Shown here piece by piece: positions 30,101 to 41,450 of a DNA stretch of 64,000 nt. Numbering within the stretch: the first letter of the stretch is position 1; each line of letters begins with the position of its first letter. The position numbers were made by a program, and so were the translations under genes. A model generated the notes under the pieces. It searched no databases. It was given only the letters and a program-made list of their open reading frames with translations, and had not been told where the DNA came from. Origin of the DNA: Paraphysomonas bandaiensis (Eukaryota > Protista > Chrysophyceae); the NCBI GenBank assembly GCA_965644295.1, contig CBFFRP010000141.1:124001-188000 (forward strand), in the 5' to 3' direction.

Positions 30101-31800
30101 GTACGATTGCTTGGTAGAGCTGAGAGACAACAAAATCCCCTGGAGTATGCTTACACCCGCTCAGAAGGAGACCGTTTTGTCTGTAATGAGTCTTTTCTGT
30201 CCTATCCTGCGTAGGTTTTTCAACCATGGGACTGAGCTCGAAGCAGCCCGTCAAATGGATCTTGGGTTCAATCCCTCGCCACCCATGCAGACTAAATTTG
30301 CCGCTCGTGCCATCTCTCATCTTAATGACACCATAGCCTCTCGTTTGCGTGAATTCTTGCCGTCTCGGGACTTCTACGAAATTAGAGAAGCTGTACGATG
30401 TCGTTTACAAGAAATTCTTCACCGCGGTGGCGTCATCCCGAGGTCGGCATGTGTTGAGGTGTTTGGGTCGTCGCGCAATAACTTCGGCAGCGATGGGGCA
30501 GATTTGGACATGTGCCTTCAGTACATCCCTGGATCACATGTGCCCGCTGGTGATGATAGAGGTCAGTATACAAATTGTGGTCACATTTTTGTATGACAAT
30601 TTGCAGTGAAAGTTATGGATCACCTGGGCGAAGTTCTTATCGCTGCAGGAATGGAAGATGTAGAGGTACGCAGTACTGCACGAATCCCGATAGTCTTATT
30701 CAAAGATCCTTCATCTGGTGAGTCGTATGTCACTCCATCCACGACATCTCATATTAGTTCTCTATTATATAGGTCTAGCATGTGATATTTCGTTCAGCAA
30801 CCCGTTGGCCATACAAAACACTCTTCTGTTGGCAGCATACAGTATGGTGGACCCACGCGTGCGGGAAATCGCCTATGTCGTCAAACACTGGGCGAAGCAG
30901 CGCAGAATAAACTCTCCACAGGAGGGAACATTGAGCAGTTATGGATACATTTTATGTATAATCCACTTCCTACAAACCAGGAGCCCACCCTTGCTGCCGA
31001 ACTTGCAGAAGCTTCACCCCTCTTGGCATCCCCGGGCCCCGTATGACCCGTCACCCCTTCCAAAGAGATGGTACAAACACCCTGTCGACGATTGCTACTG
31101 CAATACATATTTCTTCGACGTTGCCCCATTTCCGAGTGCACAGCAACCCGGTGGGCCCGCTCCTCTTCAAAAACTACAGGTGCCTTCTGTGATTTATATC
31201 TGAGTAATACCCATAACTCCTCGTTGTGTGTAGGCGTGGAGTGCTTGTAACGGACAGAGCAGTGGAGAATTAATTGTTGAATTCTTCCGTTACTTCGCAT
31301 ACGAGTTTGATTATCATAGCGACGTGGTATCAGTGCGGCGAGGAGGTCTAGGCCGAGTAAAGAAGATCGCCAAGATGGAAGCAGACGGGTGGGGATCCCA
31401 CGATCGCATCAGGTGATAATTGCTAGCCCCTCGTTCTTCGTATTTTTACCATATGTGGTAATGTAGTATTGAGGATCCCTTCGAGACCTGGTACGACGTT
31501 GCCCACGTCGTCAAGGGGGCGCAGATGAGTTATATCAGAAGAGAATTTTTGGTGAGCATTGGGAACACGCTTATTATATGGCTTGACTGACTCGTTGAAC
31601 CGCAGAGAGCGTACACCATGATCTGCCGCTCCCAGCCAGATGGTAGTAATCACGAACAAGTTGACTGCCTTCCGACATCACCTAGTGTATCTGGGCTGTT
31701 CGACTTGCTTTGTGAAGAGGCCGAGGAGCCCAAATTTGTAACGAAACGCCAAGAAGCAAGGAGTAGATCGAACACCTTGGCGTCTGATGCATGCAATTAG
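27150..31800 (+). CDS. Cid1/TUT-family terminal nucleotidyltransferase (non-canonical poly(A)/(U) polymerase) with two CCCH zinc fingers, multi-exon
   Basis: CCCH fingers CFKFRQGTCNRGSSCRFEH and CQFYLTNGTCRKGDKCKFVH; Pro-rich region; catalytic VFGSSRNNFGSDGADLDMC; ARIPIV; CDISFSNPLAIQNT; VKHWAKQRRIN..GTLSSYGY; PAP-associated IEDPFETWYDVAH. Introns e.g. 30562-30606. Confidence 0.92.
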
Positions 31801-32529
31801 ACGATTATTTTCGGTGTGATGTGTGTGCCTGCTCTATTGGGATAAATCTGTCAGAGTAATCAGTTACTTAGGCATGGACAAATTATCTTCTAGGTGCGAG
31901 TTATTCACGATTATTGCACTCATGCAATGCGTTAATAATATCGAATAGATGAACAATCCTTGTTGACGTAATGTTTTAATATATTCCACCGGCAATATTA
32001 CTTGTATCTACTATATAATATGTAGAAGATTGAAATAAGCGAGGGGGGACTAAGCTTACAAAATTGACTTGTCTGCGTATTTTGTATGTGATAAAATGTG
32101 ATATATATATCTTCGGACTAGACCACTGTAGTTATTGCGTCATCACCAGCACCCAGTTGACATAACTTTTCAAACATCTTTCATCTGAAACTAGTTTCAT
32201 CAAAACTTGCGTTTGACATTGATTCGTGTTTTATCTGCGTAAAGAGAGGGTATTGAATTAGCAGTATCTCATTAAACAATCTGCAAATGCATTCCTGTCC
32301 CGTACCACTCTCGACTCCTACATACTGCATACTGTGCTTAAAGATTATTGAATGATCTTGGACTACTGCTCCAACAAACAACAACCCGACAGTAACCCGC
32401 ATATGAGAAAATTTGAGCACTTCCAGATTTAAATCCTTCAGCTCACCACCCAGATTTAAAAGACACAGATTGTAGCCGTATATCAAGAACAGCAGTAAAC
32501 TGAGGAAACGAGGGACCAAGGGGGCTCTT

Positions 32530-33200
32530 CTCAGCAGCATAAAATGGGGTTCTTTATTTCCTATGGTCGATCGCTACGTGGAGATTGAAGAGAAGCTGTC
32601 CGACTGCGCAACGTGGATGAAGTTTTGCTGCTGATCCCTACGAGAGTGGAGCTGCGGGAAGAATTGAAGGAATTTAACTGTGAGTCTATATGCTGCTACA
32701 ACAAGAGGGTGAACTGCAGTTGGACATGAGTGAGGTTCGCCATCAGTTTGATGTGTTCATTGAAAAATTCCCTGTCACAGCTTCCCACCTCTCAGTAGAT
32801 GCTGATATCGTTCAAAACCCTACCTTCGAAAAGGCCATTGTGAAGATTCAGAATGCACACAAGGAATCTCTGACTCGTCAAGAGAGAGCAGCGGTTGCAA
32901 GATTTCGAATAAATGCAGAAGAAGATGATTCACTGGATAGTGCCGTCGAAGTGGCAAATGTAAGAAACGCTGCTGCTACTGCTTTTGAAAGCCATAGAGC
33001 CAGCAAAAAGTTACGACGACAGCTTGACACCAAAAGTATCGATCAACAAAACACAAATACAGTACAACAAATGTTGTGGAGCGTTTGTTCAGCAGAGCCA
33101 AGATTATCATGACACAATTGCGACAAGGAATGACCCCACGACGCCTTGAACTGCTGCTTTTCTGCGCTTCAACAAACACTTGTGGACCGCAATCACTGCG
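32530..33200 (+). pseudogene. Degraded hAT-family transposase (C-terminal half)
   Basis: Frameshifted fragments KWGSLFPMVDRY, EVRHQFDVFIEKFP..HLSVDADIVQNPTFEKAIVKI and VERLFSRAKIIMTQLRQGMTPRRLELLLF (hAT dimerisation-like ERLFS motif). Confidence 0.8.
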
Positions 33201-33746
33201 CAACAGGTCAGCGATCATGGACCGTCTGCTCAGGATGAGAATAAGGACGACAGTGACAAATAGTACTAGTTGCTGCATTGTTATTGGGTATTCATCATTA
33301 TGTATTGTATCCTCTACTAAAAGTAGTTACTGCCGATCGAGCTGATTTCTTCTTCGTAGCGCCCAATATATATCAAAATGTTGCAACATATTTAATAATT
33401 ATTATTGGTCTTTAAAATATTATTAGCATCTGACTGACACTCCGCGAATCAATTACAAAGTCGTAGACGCATGAGAATAGGTGAGGCATTCTCATGAAGT
33501 CATAGGACGAAGGGGTATTTCTAGGGATTAGAGAGTATGTGTGGTGGTGTTATATTTATCTAATGTAAATACTTACTAATTAGTATGCAATATAATATTC
33601 CACTTAGAATCATTTGCAAGAATATACAAGTGTGAGGTAGGAAGCATACGATATTTACTTTCACCCAACTAGTTAGCGTTTACGTCTAAGCTCATGCAGC
33701 AGATAACAAACCAGAAATTAACTCAAAAATAATTGAAAATGAGGAT

Positions 33747-35180
33747 TTAAGAATACAAGGGCAACACTTTATGAACTGCACGCACAAACGAACCGACCAC
33801 AAGAGATCTATTATAAAGGGTGTCGATGCAGTGAAGTACCGGAATAGAAAACATTGGCAACATCATTAAAACACTTCCAACTGCCCACAGCCATCCCAAG
33901 GCCACTCCGAGTGCGCGAGTAGAAGAAAGACTGCCTTCGGCTTGATAGTGAATACCCAACACCGCTATTATACAGGCGCTGACTAATGAAACTAGAAAGG
34001 TCCAATCCTGCAGAGTGTGTGGGCCAATTTCGTAGTAGTAGTAGTACCCGCACGTAATAGCCCCAACGACCATAAGCTCAGCTGCCCACTGAAACTTTGC
34101 ACGAGTATGGGCGCCACCTGTATGTAGTCAGTAAAAAATGCTGGTTCATCATACGAATATAAACTCACCAGGTGTAGGCACATGTACCACATTACTCCAC
34201 CCCATTATGCTAAGAACCCCCTGCTCAAGGAGTAGCAGACCTCCTTGTCCTAAAAAAAAACTCCCCATCATTGCAGCATCCGATAGGTCTCTAGTTCCCG
34301 CGTACAAAGGCCAAGCATGTAAGATAGCACTTCCTATACGATACAGCTGTTTCTTAAACTAGCGAAAGAAGCATTTGTCGATATCAATTAAGTCCAAGCT
34401 ATGTATGACATTCCTACACAGACGGGGCAGTATAGACATACCTATAAAACACGTAGCAATACACACTCCTCTTGGCGCGCCAATTCGTCTGAAGGGTTTA
34501 TAGAAAGCATCTTGAAGAAGTTTGCCAATGATTGGATTCCATCTCACGCCCCAAAACTCAGCAAGGGTAGTCGACAAAAGCGGGTGTCTGTGTCGCATTT
34601 CAAAAGGGAGAGGGCACCCATCCATGTCTAGAAATACAATGCTGTTGCTGTAGTTCCAGTCCATGCAAATCAAAATCCATATACCGGCAACAAGTGCGGA
34701 CCCTATGTATCTGGACGACTCACTCAGGTGTATAGGAATCACCTCGTGGATGAGATATACACAGCCGTCAGCTATAAGCCCCAACACGATGGTATACAGA
34801 ATTCGCTTGCAAGATGGGAACTTTGAGTTTGCAGACTCAAGTCTGTGCTGAATATTGCAGAAATAGGTCTGCAGAAGTTCCGTTCGGAACGATCTCTTTT
34901 GTTTCTTGTCTACAAGTGTTCGTGTGCTGACAGAGCAGTCAGTTGTGCGGCATTGCAGCAGACAGAGTATTCTAGAGTGGATCGACATGAAGCACGCGAA
35001 CGCAAGCAGGCCTGTGAAGAATCTGAGAGCCTTCCACGGGAGAACCACAGGAGTGACCGCAATGAGTACCGCACACAGCTCTGCCAGTAATAGAGCCCAA
35101 TTGGATGAGCAGTTTACGAGCAGAGCGGATGAGGCGGCACCGCACACCGCCCATACACACACTGCCACAGACACAGACAT
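33747..35180 (-). CDS. Membrane-bound O-acyltransferase (wax synthase-like, MBOAT_2), 3 exons
   Basis: Multiple hydrophobic helices; HPLLSTTLAEFWGVRWN motif; spliced FIGSAILHAW carries the conserved His; FFLGQG. Start codon uncertain. Confidence 0.85.
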
Positions 35181-36732
35181 AGCCCCATCGCTGTATGCGG
35201 GATCGATACAGGTCTCCATGTGATGGTTAGTGTGTCTGTATGTGTATATGTCTGTGTGATGTATATCGTGATGTGTATCTGTATGTATATACAGGTCTGT
35301 ATGTGCACTGTGAGCAGTCACATATGGATATCACACACTAAACATCGAGACATCACTTCACTCTTCTTTCCACTGATTCACTTCTAGACTTCTTCTGCTA
35401 CACTCTGACATTACTTCATTTTCACAACACAGAACACGCGCACACTGACAGGGACACAGGCCACCATTGATTGGCTGCATTCCTGTGTAATCGTCCATAC
35501 GCAAATCATGGTATGATGAAATACAGCACCACCCTGCAATACAAGTACTTCATGAAAAATGCCGTTTTATCGTCGCGAGCTTGAAAAAAACGTGGAAAAC
35601 ATTCATTCTTAGAAATTAAAATTGGGGATATCTTCGTACGACGTGGATATCTTCGTGTTTCGTGTGAGGTCAATGCACACAGCAGTGCGCCCCGTTTGAA
35701 CAAGAGCAATGAGCAAATTTCACCCCTCGCAGACGTGTATAGAGAACTGGCAGATAGCCTTACACCTTTAGAAAGCAGTTATATTTGTAGGGTATGAAAG
35801 ACTCTTTATCATTGTTGACGTATATGTATAACCCAGCATGTGATCTGACACATGCAACTCTAACTTGTACCACAGTCTGAATATCTGGTTAACTTGGACC
35901 ACTGATGACTTGGAGCTGTTGATTAGGGTTGAAGCAAACGTATGCATAAGAGGGATAAACACTTCCATGATAACGAGGTTGGGTGTACATATATATAAAT
36001 ATATCAGTTATGCCTCCTCATCGACCTTGAAACAACTGAAGATATTTTTCTATATAGAAATGTATTCCTTTCAGAGGAATCGTTTGGAATGTCAGCTGTA
36101 TATAATAAAATCACTTTAAGCTCATTGTGATGTACCTACAATTGCAAGACACTTTGAATGCGATACAGAGTGCTGTTGGCTGTAGTGATTATATATTATA
36201 CAGTCGGTCGTGGTCTTGTTAACCAGTCCTTACTTAAGTATTCTTGATTTTACTGAAGGCTTTGTTGAGTTAATTAATGACGTAAGCAAAAGGTGTGGCA
36301 TAAGTATGAGATTATTCGATAGTGAGATTTAAGAAAGTATTCCTTCTAGTGCACTTTCTTGTTCTCCACTACGTAAACTTGTTGTGCATCGCGAAAGCAG
36401 AAGAATTTAGTTTTTACCTGTTAGTGATTGACTATTATCCATTGAATTCACATCAAGTTGGATGGGAGTATGGTGTAGCTCTGGTGATGACTAAAGTAGA
36501 ATTGAGTGTATTGTGAAAAATACAAGAGAAGAGGATAACAAGATCACTTGATTATTACGCAAAACACCAACAATTTTCTTTTGTTTTCGAAATAGCACTT
36601 GTCCAATGACACATGATACTTAACACGTCTACAATAATTAATTCGTATATAGATGCCTCCAACCGATCCACTGTCCCCTAACAACGCAGACTATCAGCGA
36701 AACAGGTTTGGTATATGTGGAAGGAAGTTGGG

Positions 36733-37947
36733 CTATTTCGCGTCCGTACGAGCGGCCCTTCTCCTTTCTCTGTGATGTGCGTAATGGTCTTCCAAGACTT
36801 CAACCATCTTGAGTTCGGTCTCATCCACAAGGCCATGTGTCATGTCGAGAAATATCGCTGCCGTGCGCTCTACATCTTCTGAAGTCTCAATAGCATCTAT
36901 CTGAGGTAGAAAATCTGTAAGAGCCTGCCTGACAGTCATCTGCTGGGCCATAGAGACGAGATTCCAGAGGCACATACAGACACTCATCGTTAAACGCCGA
37001 AATATCATTTTGAACTTGTCTTCCACAATTGCATTGTCACTACCAGCAGTGAGCAGTTCTTTCCAGGCGTTAACATCGAGCTGTTTACGTATTTCAGTGT
37101 GTAACATCTTCTGGTGCGGTGTCAATCCACATAGACGATCCACAAGTTCTTCGAACACATCAACGAGATCAACGCGGGCATCCAGTTGCCTCTGTCTTCG
37201 AGACCTCTCTCTAGGCTGGCGCTCGACGTTACTCTGGAGAATTTGCAGTAGCTGTCGCTGACGAACTTTTGTACGCATGATGTGCGAAAAAGTAGTATAC
37301 TCCGTGAGTGTTAGGACATGATTAAGCATAGCCTCAAGAGAGACCGGTTGAAAAAACATCATTACTGGTGGTGGGCTTTCTTCGTGATTCACTTCGTCTG
37401 TTCCAATAACAGATTCAGAGCCTTTACTATCACTCTTGAAATCGCTTACACCAGCCGAGTGTTTTGAACCAGATGCATGCTTCTTATCGCTCTCATCATC
37501 AGCGGTCTTACCATCTGCCTTGCTATCAGCTTCAATCGCATCCTTGGAGAATTTCTTCTGCCAAGCTTCAAAACTGGCTTTCATTCGCTCTGCCATTTCT
37601 TTCATTGCAATTTTCCTCTCCTCTGCATCATCAATAACGAGATCATTTATATCCCGAAAGCAGTCCATTGAACTCTCGTACCCCTCTATCGTCGCAAACT
37701 CATCAAAGTGAATTTCCAATTCCTGCACGTACTGCTTGTACGCCTCATACTGTTCAAAGGTCTCTCCTCTCCCACTCTGTAGCTCATCAACATCTTGATC
37801 GAAAGCATCCATATTGTCCTCGAAGAAATCGTCCATGTCTTGATTCAATACTTTGAAAGCGAACTCACAGAACCTTAGCGCCAGATTCTTCTTAGGCGCC
37901 TCACCCTTCACATCCTCTCCTTTCGACTCATGATGCTTGCTTTCCAT
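36733..37947 (-). CDS. BART (ARL2/3-binding)-domain-like protein, intronless
   Basis: DFFEDNMDAFD..GETFEQYEAYKQYVQELEIHFDEF and a later LTLTEYTTFSHIMR resemble the two ends of the BART domain; clean 404-aa ORF. Confidence 0.65.
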   Translation of the reverse strand: MESKHHESKGEDVKGEAPKKNLALRFCEFAFKVLNQDMDDFFEDNMDAFDQDVDELQSGRGETFEQYEAYKQYVQELEIHFDEFATIEGYESSMDCFRDINDLVIDDAEERKIAMKEMAERMKASFEAWQKKFSKDAIEADSKADGKTADDESDKKHASGSKHSAGVSDFKSDSKGSESVIGTDEVNHEESPPPVMMFFQPVSLEAMLNHVLTLTEYTTFSHIMRTKVRQRQLLQILQSNVERQPRERSRRQRQLDARVDLVDVFEELVDRLCGLTPHQKMLHTEIRKQLDVNAWKELLTAGSDNAIVEDKFKMIFRRLTMSVCMCLWNLVSMAQQMTVRQALTDFLPQIDAIETSEDVERTAAIFLDMTHGLVDETELKMVEVLEDHYAHHRERRRAARTDAK

Positions 37948-39398
37948 GCCAGAATATAAGCAAGTAGTAACTGGGTTTAGATGGCTTGTAACTTGACCCT
38001 GAGATTGCTACTTCTGTTGTTTCCTCGTATCAGGCAATGTGTATGCTATGTTGTGCCCATAGCCCGCACTCTCCCACCATATCTGAGCGAGGCAGTATCT
38101 CAACAGCAGAGATCAACACAAAAACCCATATGTGGGATTTTTGAAGTGTCAAGGAAGCATATCGAATATTCGAAACTGTATTCCACGTGTGTGTTCAGCA
38201 GTATGTGATTGGCCGAATCAGGAAGCAGGAGGGGGACATTGTTGCGACATTCATATATTGCTAAGTGCACACCGCCCACAGTGACATGATACACCACATT
38301 GTAAAAGGGCTTTCTACGAGTGTTGCTGTTTTTGACTATGTACACTATTTCGCCAAGTGGCAGTTCGTTTGATCGCCCAGACTTTCAATAAGAGATCATA
38401 GTAAGTAAGGGGCTATCTCGATATTCCCTTGGCTACGTCTAGGAAGACTAGAGAAAGAGCGAAGCAAGAAAGATTTTGAGAATGAGAGAGAAAGGCTCCA
38501 CAGAGAGCTCAAGTGGTTAGGAGGGCAAGCCAGTGACAATAGAGGCTCCTATTGTACTCAGGAGGATATAGAAGGGCGATGTAGTTGATAGAGTCCATTC
38601 CCGAAGAAGGGAAGTTGATGCTCTGATAGGGACGAACTCTTTATATCCTTCTCCGACTCAAAGGGTTACCATCGTAGTGGCGGTAGATTTTCATGCCAGA
38701 CTATATACGATCCTGCGATGGTGTAGCTTTAGAGTTCATAGATACCTACATTGGCCGTGACACATTCAACATTTTTTTGTATAATTCATTGCATAGTACA
38801 ACTATATCGTTGTCCACATTTTCATCTACTGTGATATATTTTCCTGTTTAATTCAACTGTCATGCTAATGAACCGTGATGGGAAACAATGAAGAGATGAT
38901 AGTGTCGTCCAGTATAGGGTCATATCTGAGTGGTCACGTAATTGTAATTATTCTGCCGGAAGGGTATCATATTTATTTTCAAGGCTAGATGAATGCATTT
39001 TCGCGAATCATTGGTATCGGATATTTGCATAGCTTTACAGTAATAACAGCGTAGAATTCAGCTCCAAATAAATAATAAATAATAAATCAATACTTTTATC
39101 TTTACTTTGCAATTCATTTCACTTTATTACCTTATATAGCGATGGACATGCCATCGAAATACTACTCGAAACTAATAGTGCAATTATCGGCTATGATGCG
39201 TAATCTAATCTGTCACTTGTTATGACATTAAAGTATAATGCAAACGACACGCAACATGCTAATTTAGTCTGTAAAATAGAATACACCTAAAAAATCATTG
39301 TCATGAAGTAGTGATTAACAAATATCTTCCCACATTGGAATTTTTCCTAAAAGAGGTATGTCGTAATAGTGAAGCGTTACCAATATCCGTTTACTTGG

Positions 39399-40857
39399 CT
39401 AGTGGTTGTGCCCCAGTCCTAGTCTGTTGGCCTGAGCTATCGAGAAGCTAGTCCCAACACTTATTCTACGATAGTACGAGTCATAGGCCGGAGAATTTTC
39501 TGGGTGCTCAGTTTTGAAGTGCCCCACCCATTTATCGTGGTCATAGCGGAGTGCTATAGCCTCAACCAACGCATCACCCACTACAACTTTGTACAGAACA
39601 TCTGTCCCCAAGTCCGGCGTTTCTTCACATGATGACAGAGTACGAATACGAGTCACAACGCCACATGTTGAGTAAGATTCATCGCTGAAGTTGGGCATTC
39701 CCGCAGACCCATTATTTATAACGATTCGGCTAGTTTCAGATTTCGAACTCCTAAAATCCTGTACATACGGTAGACAGGTGTGGGTGCAAGCAATACAGTC
39801 CACTTTCATTTTGTTGAACATATCATCTATATCGGCAGGGCGGGTTATGTTTGGCAACCTTCCTGATTCAATATTTAGAGCACACTGCAAGTGCTTATCT
39901 ACAGGATACATTGACTCCACAGCTAGTCCCCAGCCTGCTAACGAATAGCCATCACCATGCAAGACAGCCACATGTACTCCGCCGATCTAGACACATACAT
40001 TCACCAGCAAAAATTACATATTTGTTTGACACTATAGCGAAGGCATATGTCATCCTATATATGATACGATGTAAAAGAGTACCTGCAATCGTAAGTACAA
40101 GGGAAGTGTACGCATCCACTGTAGTATATCTGTCACAGGTTGACATTTACTAGACTGAAGACTATTTCTGACCACTCCATGCATATTTCGCATGATCTCA
40201 TTCGATCGATTCACAACATCATCTCTCACATACATGGGGTACCCACATCCACAACCCACAGTCTCGTCGTTATGATTCCAGTGGGATGACAACTCCACTT
40301 CAACATTACCTGAGTTTAAAAGAACCATGCAATAAAAATCAATTTGTGCAGGTACATTGGTCAAAGCCACTGCATCATGTACATAATAAGTTTTACAATC
40401 GACACGTGTACAAACCTGCTGATACAAGAGCTCGACCTTCTGCTTCTAATGCACGAATTCGACTATTTATTTCTAGAAACCCCTCTATAGTTGTCCCGTT
40501 AAACCAGTTAAAATCCCCGTTGAATACCACTAAGGGTTGACGACTTGATGCACTGCTCTTGTCAGAGTTAGCACGGACCAAGTTTTCCAGTTTTTCCAAT
40601 GCAAAAGAGTTTCCTGTAACGTCAAAATAATAAAAGTGGAATAATGCGTGAAATAGTGACGAGCACTAACCGTAGAGACCACCCACAATATACACACAAT
40701 CCACCTCCTTTGATATTGGAAGGCTGGCTATGTCAGATGGCTGGTAGCGATAACTGATTGGACATATGCGTCCACTTCTTGAAAGGTACCTTCGAAGGGT
40801 GGACACGATTACCTTCCGGTAGCCAACTGTAGCGCTGGTTGCACCGATCACATTCAT
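39399..40857 (-). CDS. Atypical calcineurin-like metallophosphoesterase, 4 exons
   Basis: Spliced motifs VGGLYGN, VFNGDFNWF, GNVEVEL, VLHGD, CTHTCLP, INNGSAGMPNF follow the metallophosphoesterase motif order. Confidence 0.75.
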
Positions 40858-41009
40858 CAGGAGCGATTCATTTTATTGTTTTTACAATGGTCCAAAGTCT
40901 AGAAGTGTGTTAGGTTCGAGTTATACCACCCTTCTCAGAGCGATCATATCCTTGCCAGCACCACTACTGCTGTATTATATACAGACAGTACCTACACACG
41001 AAGGAATTC

Positions 41010-41178
41010 CATACATACATACATACATACATACATACATACATACATACATACATACATACATACATACATACATACATACATACATACATACATACAT
41101 ACATACATACATACACACATACATACATACATACATACATACATACATACATACATACATACATACATACATACATAC
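41010..41178. repeat. (CATA)n microsatellite
   Basis: About 42 CATA units between the divergent metallophosphoesterase and PP2A-A genes. Confidence 0.98.
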
Positions 41179-41450
41179 ACACTTGCATATGTACATACGA
41201 TAGATACAGTAGACGGTCTGTATGTACATACCTGTTCAATTATAAATACGCTGCGAATATACGTACCACACTGCGTCGCACTCTCGTTTGTATACAGTCG
41301 TATATGCTAGCTTGTGTAGCAACATAAGTATGCAGCATCTTTGACAGTGAGGTACACAGCATATATCACCTCTATTCCCGCCTGGATCACTGCAAACCCC
41401 TTAGTTATAGTAAGTTCATGCTGTAGGTTCGGTTGGGGGTTGATATTTCA

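Noticed and set aside
31860-33440. TIRs bounding the hAT transposase pseudogene
   Set aside because: Only weak AT-rich inverted matches; no TSD identified
38380-38720. Purine-rich stretch upstream of the BART gene as a retroelement fragment
   Set aside because: No LTR pair, PBS, RT motif or second copy seen in the window
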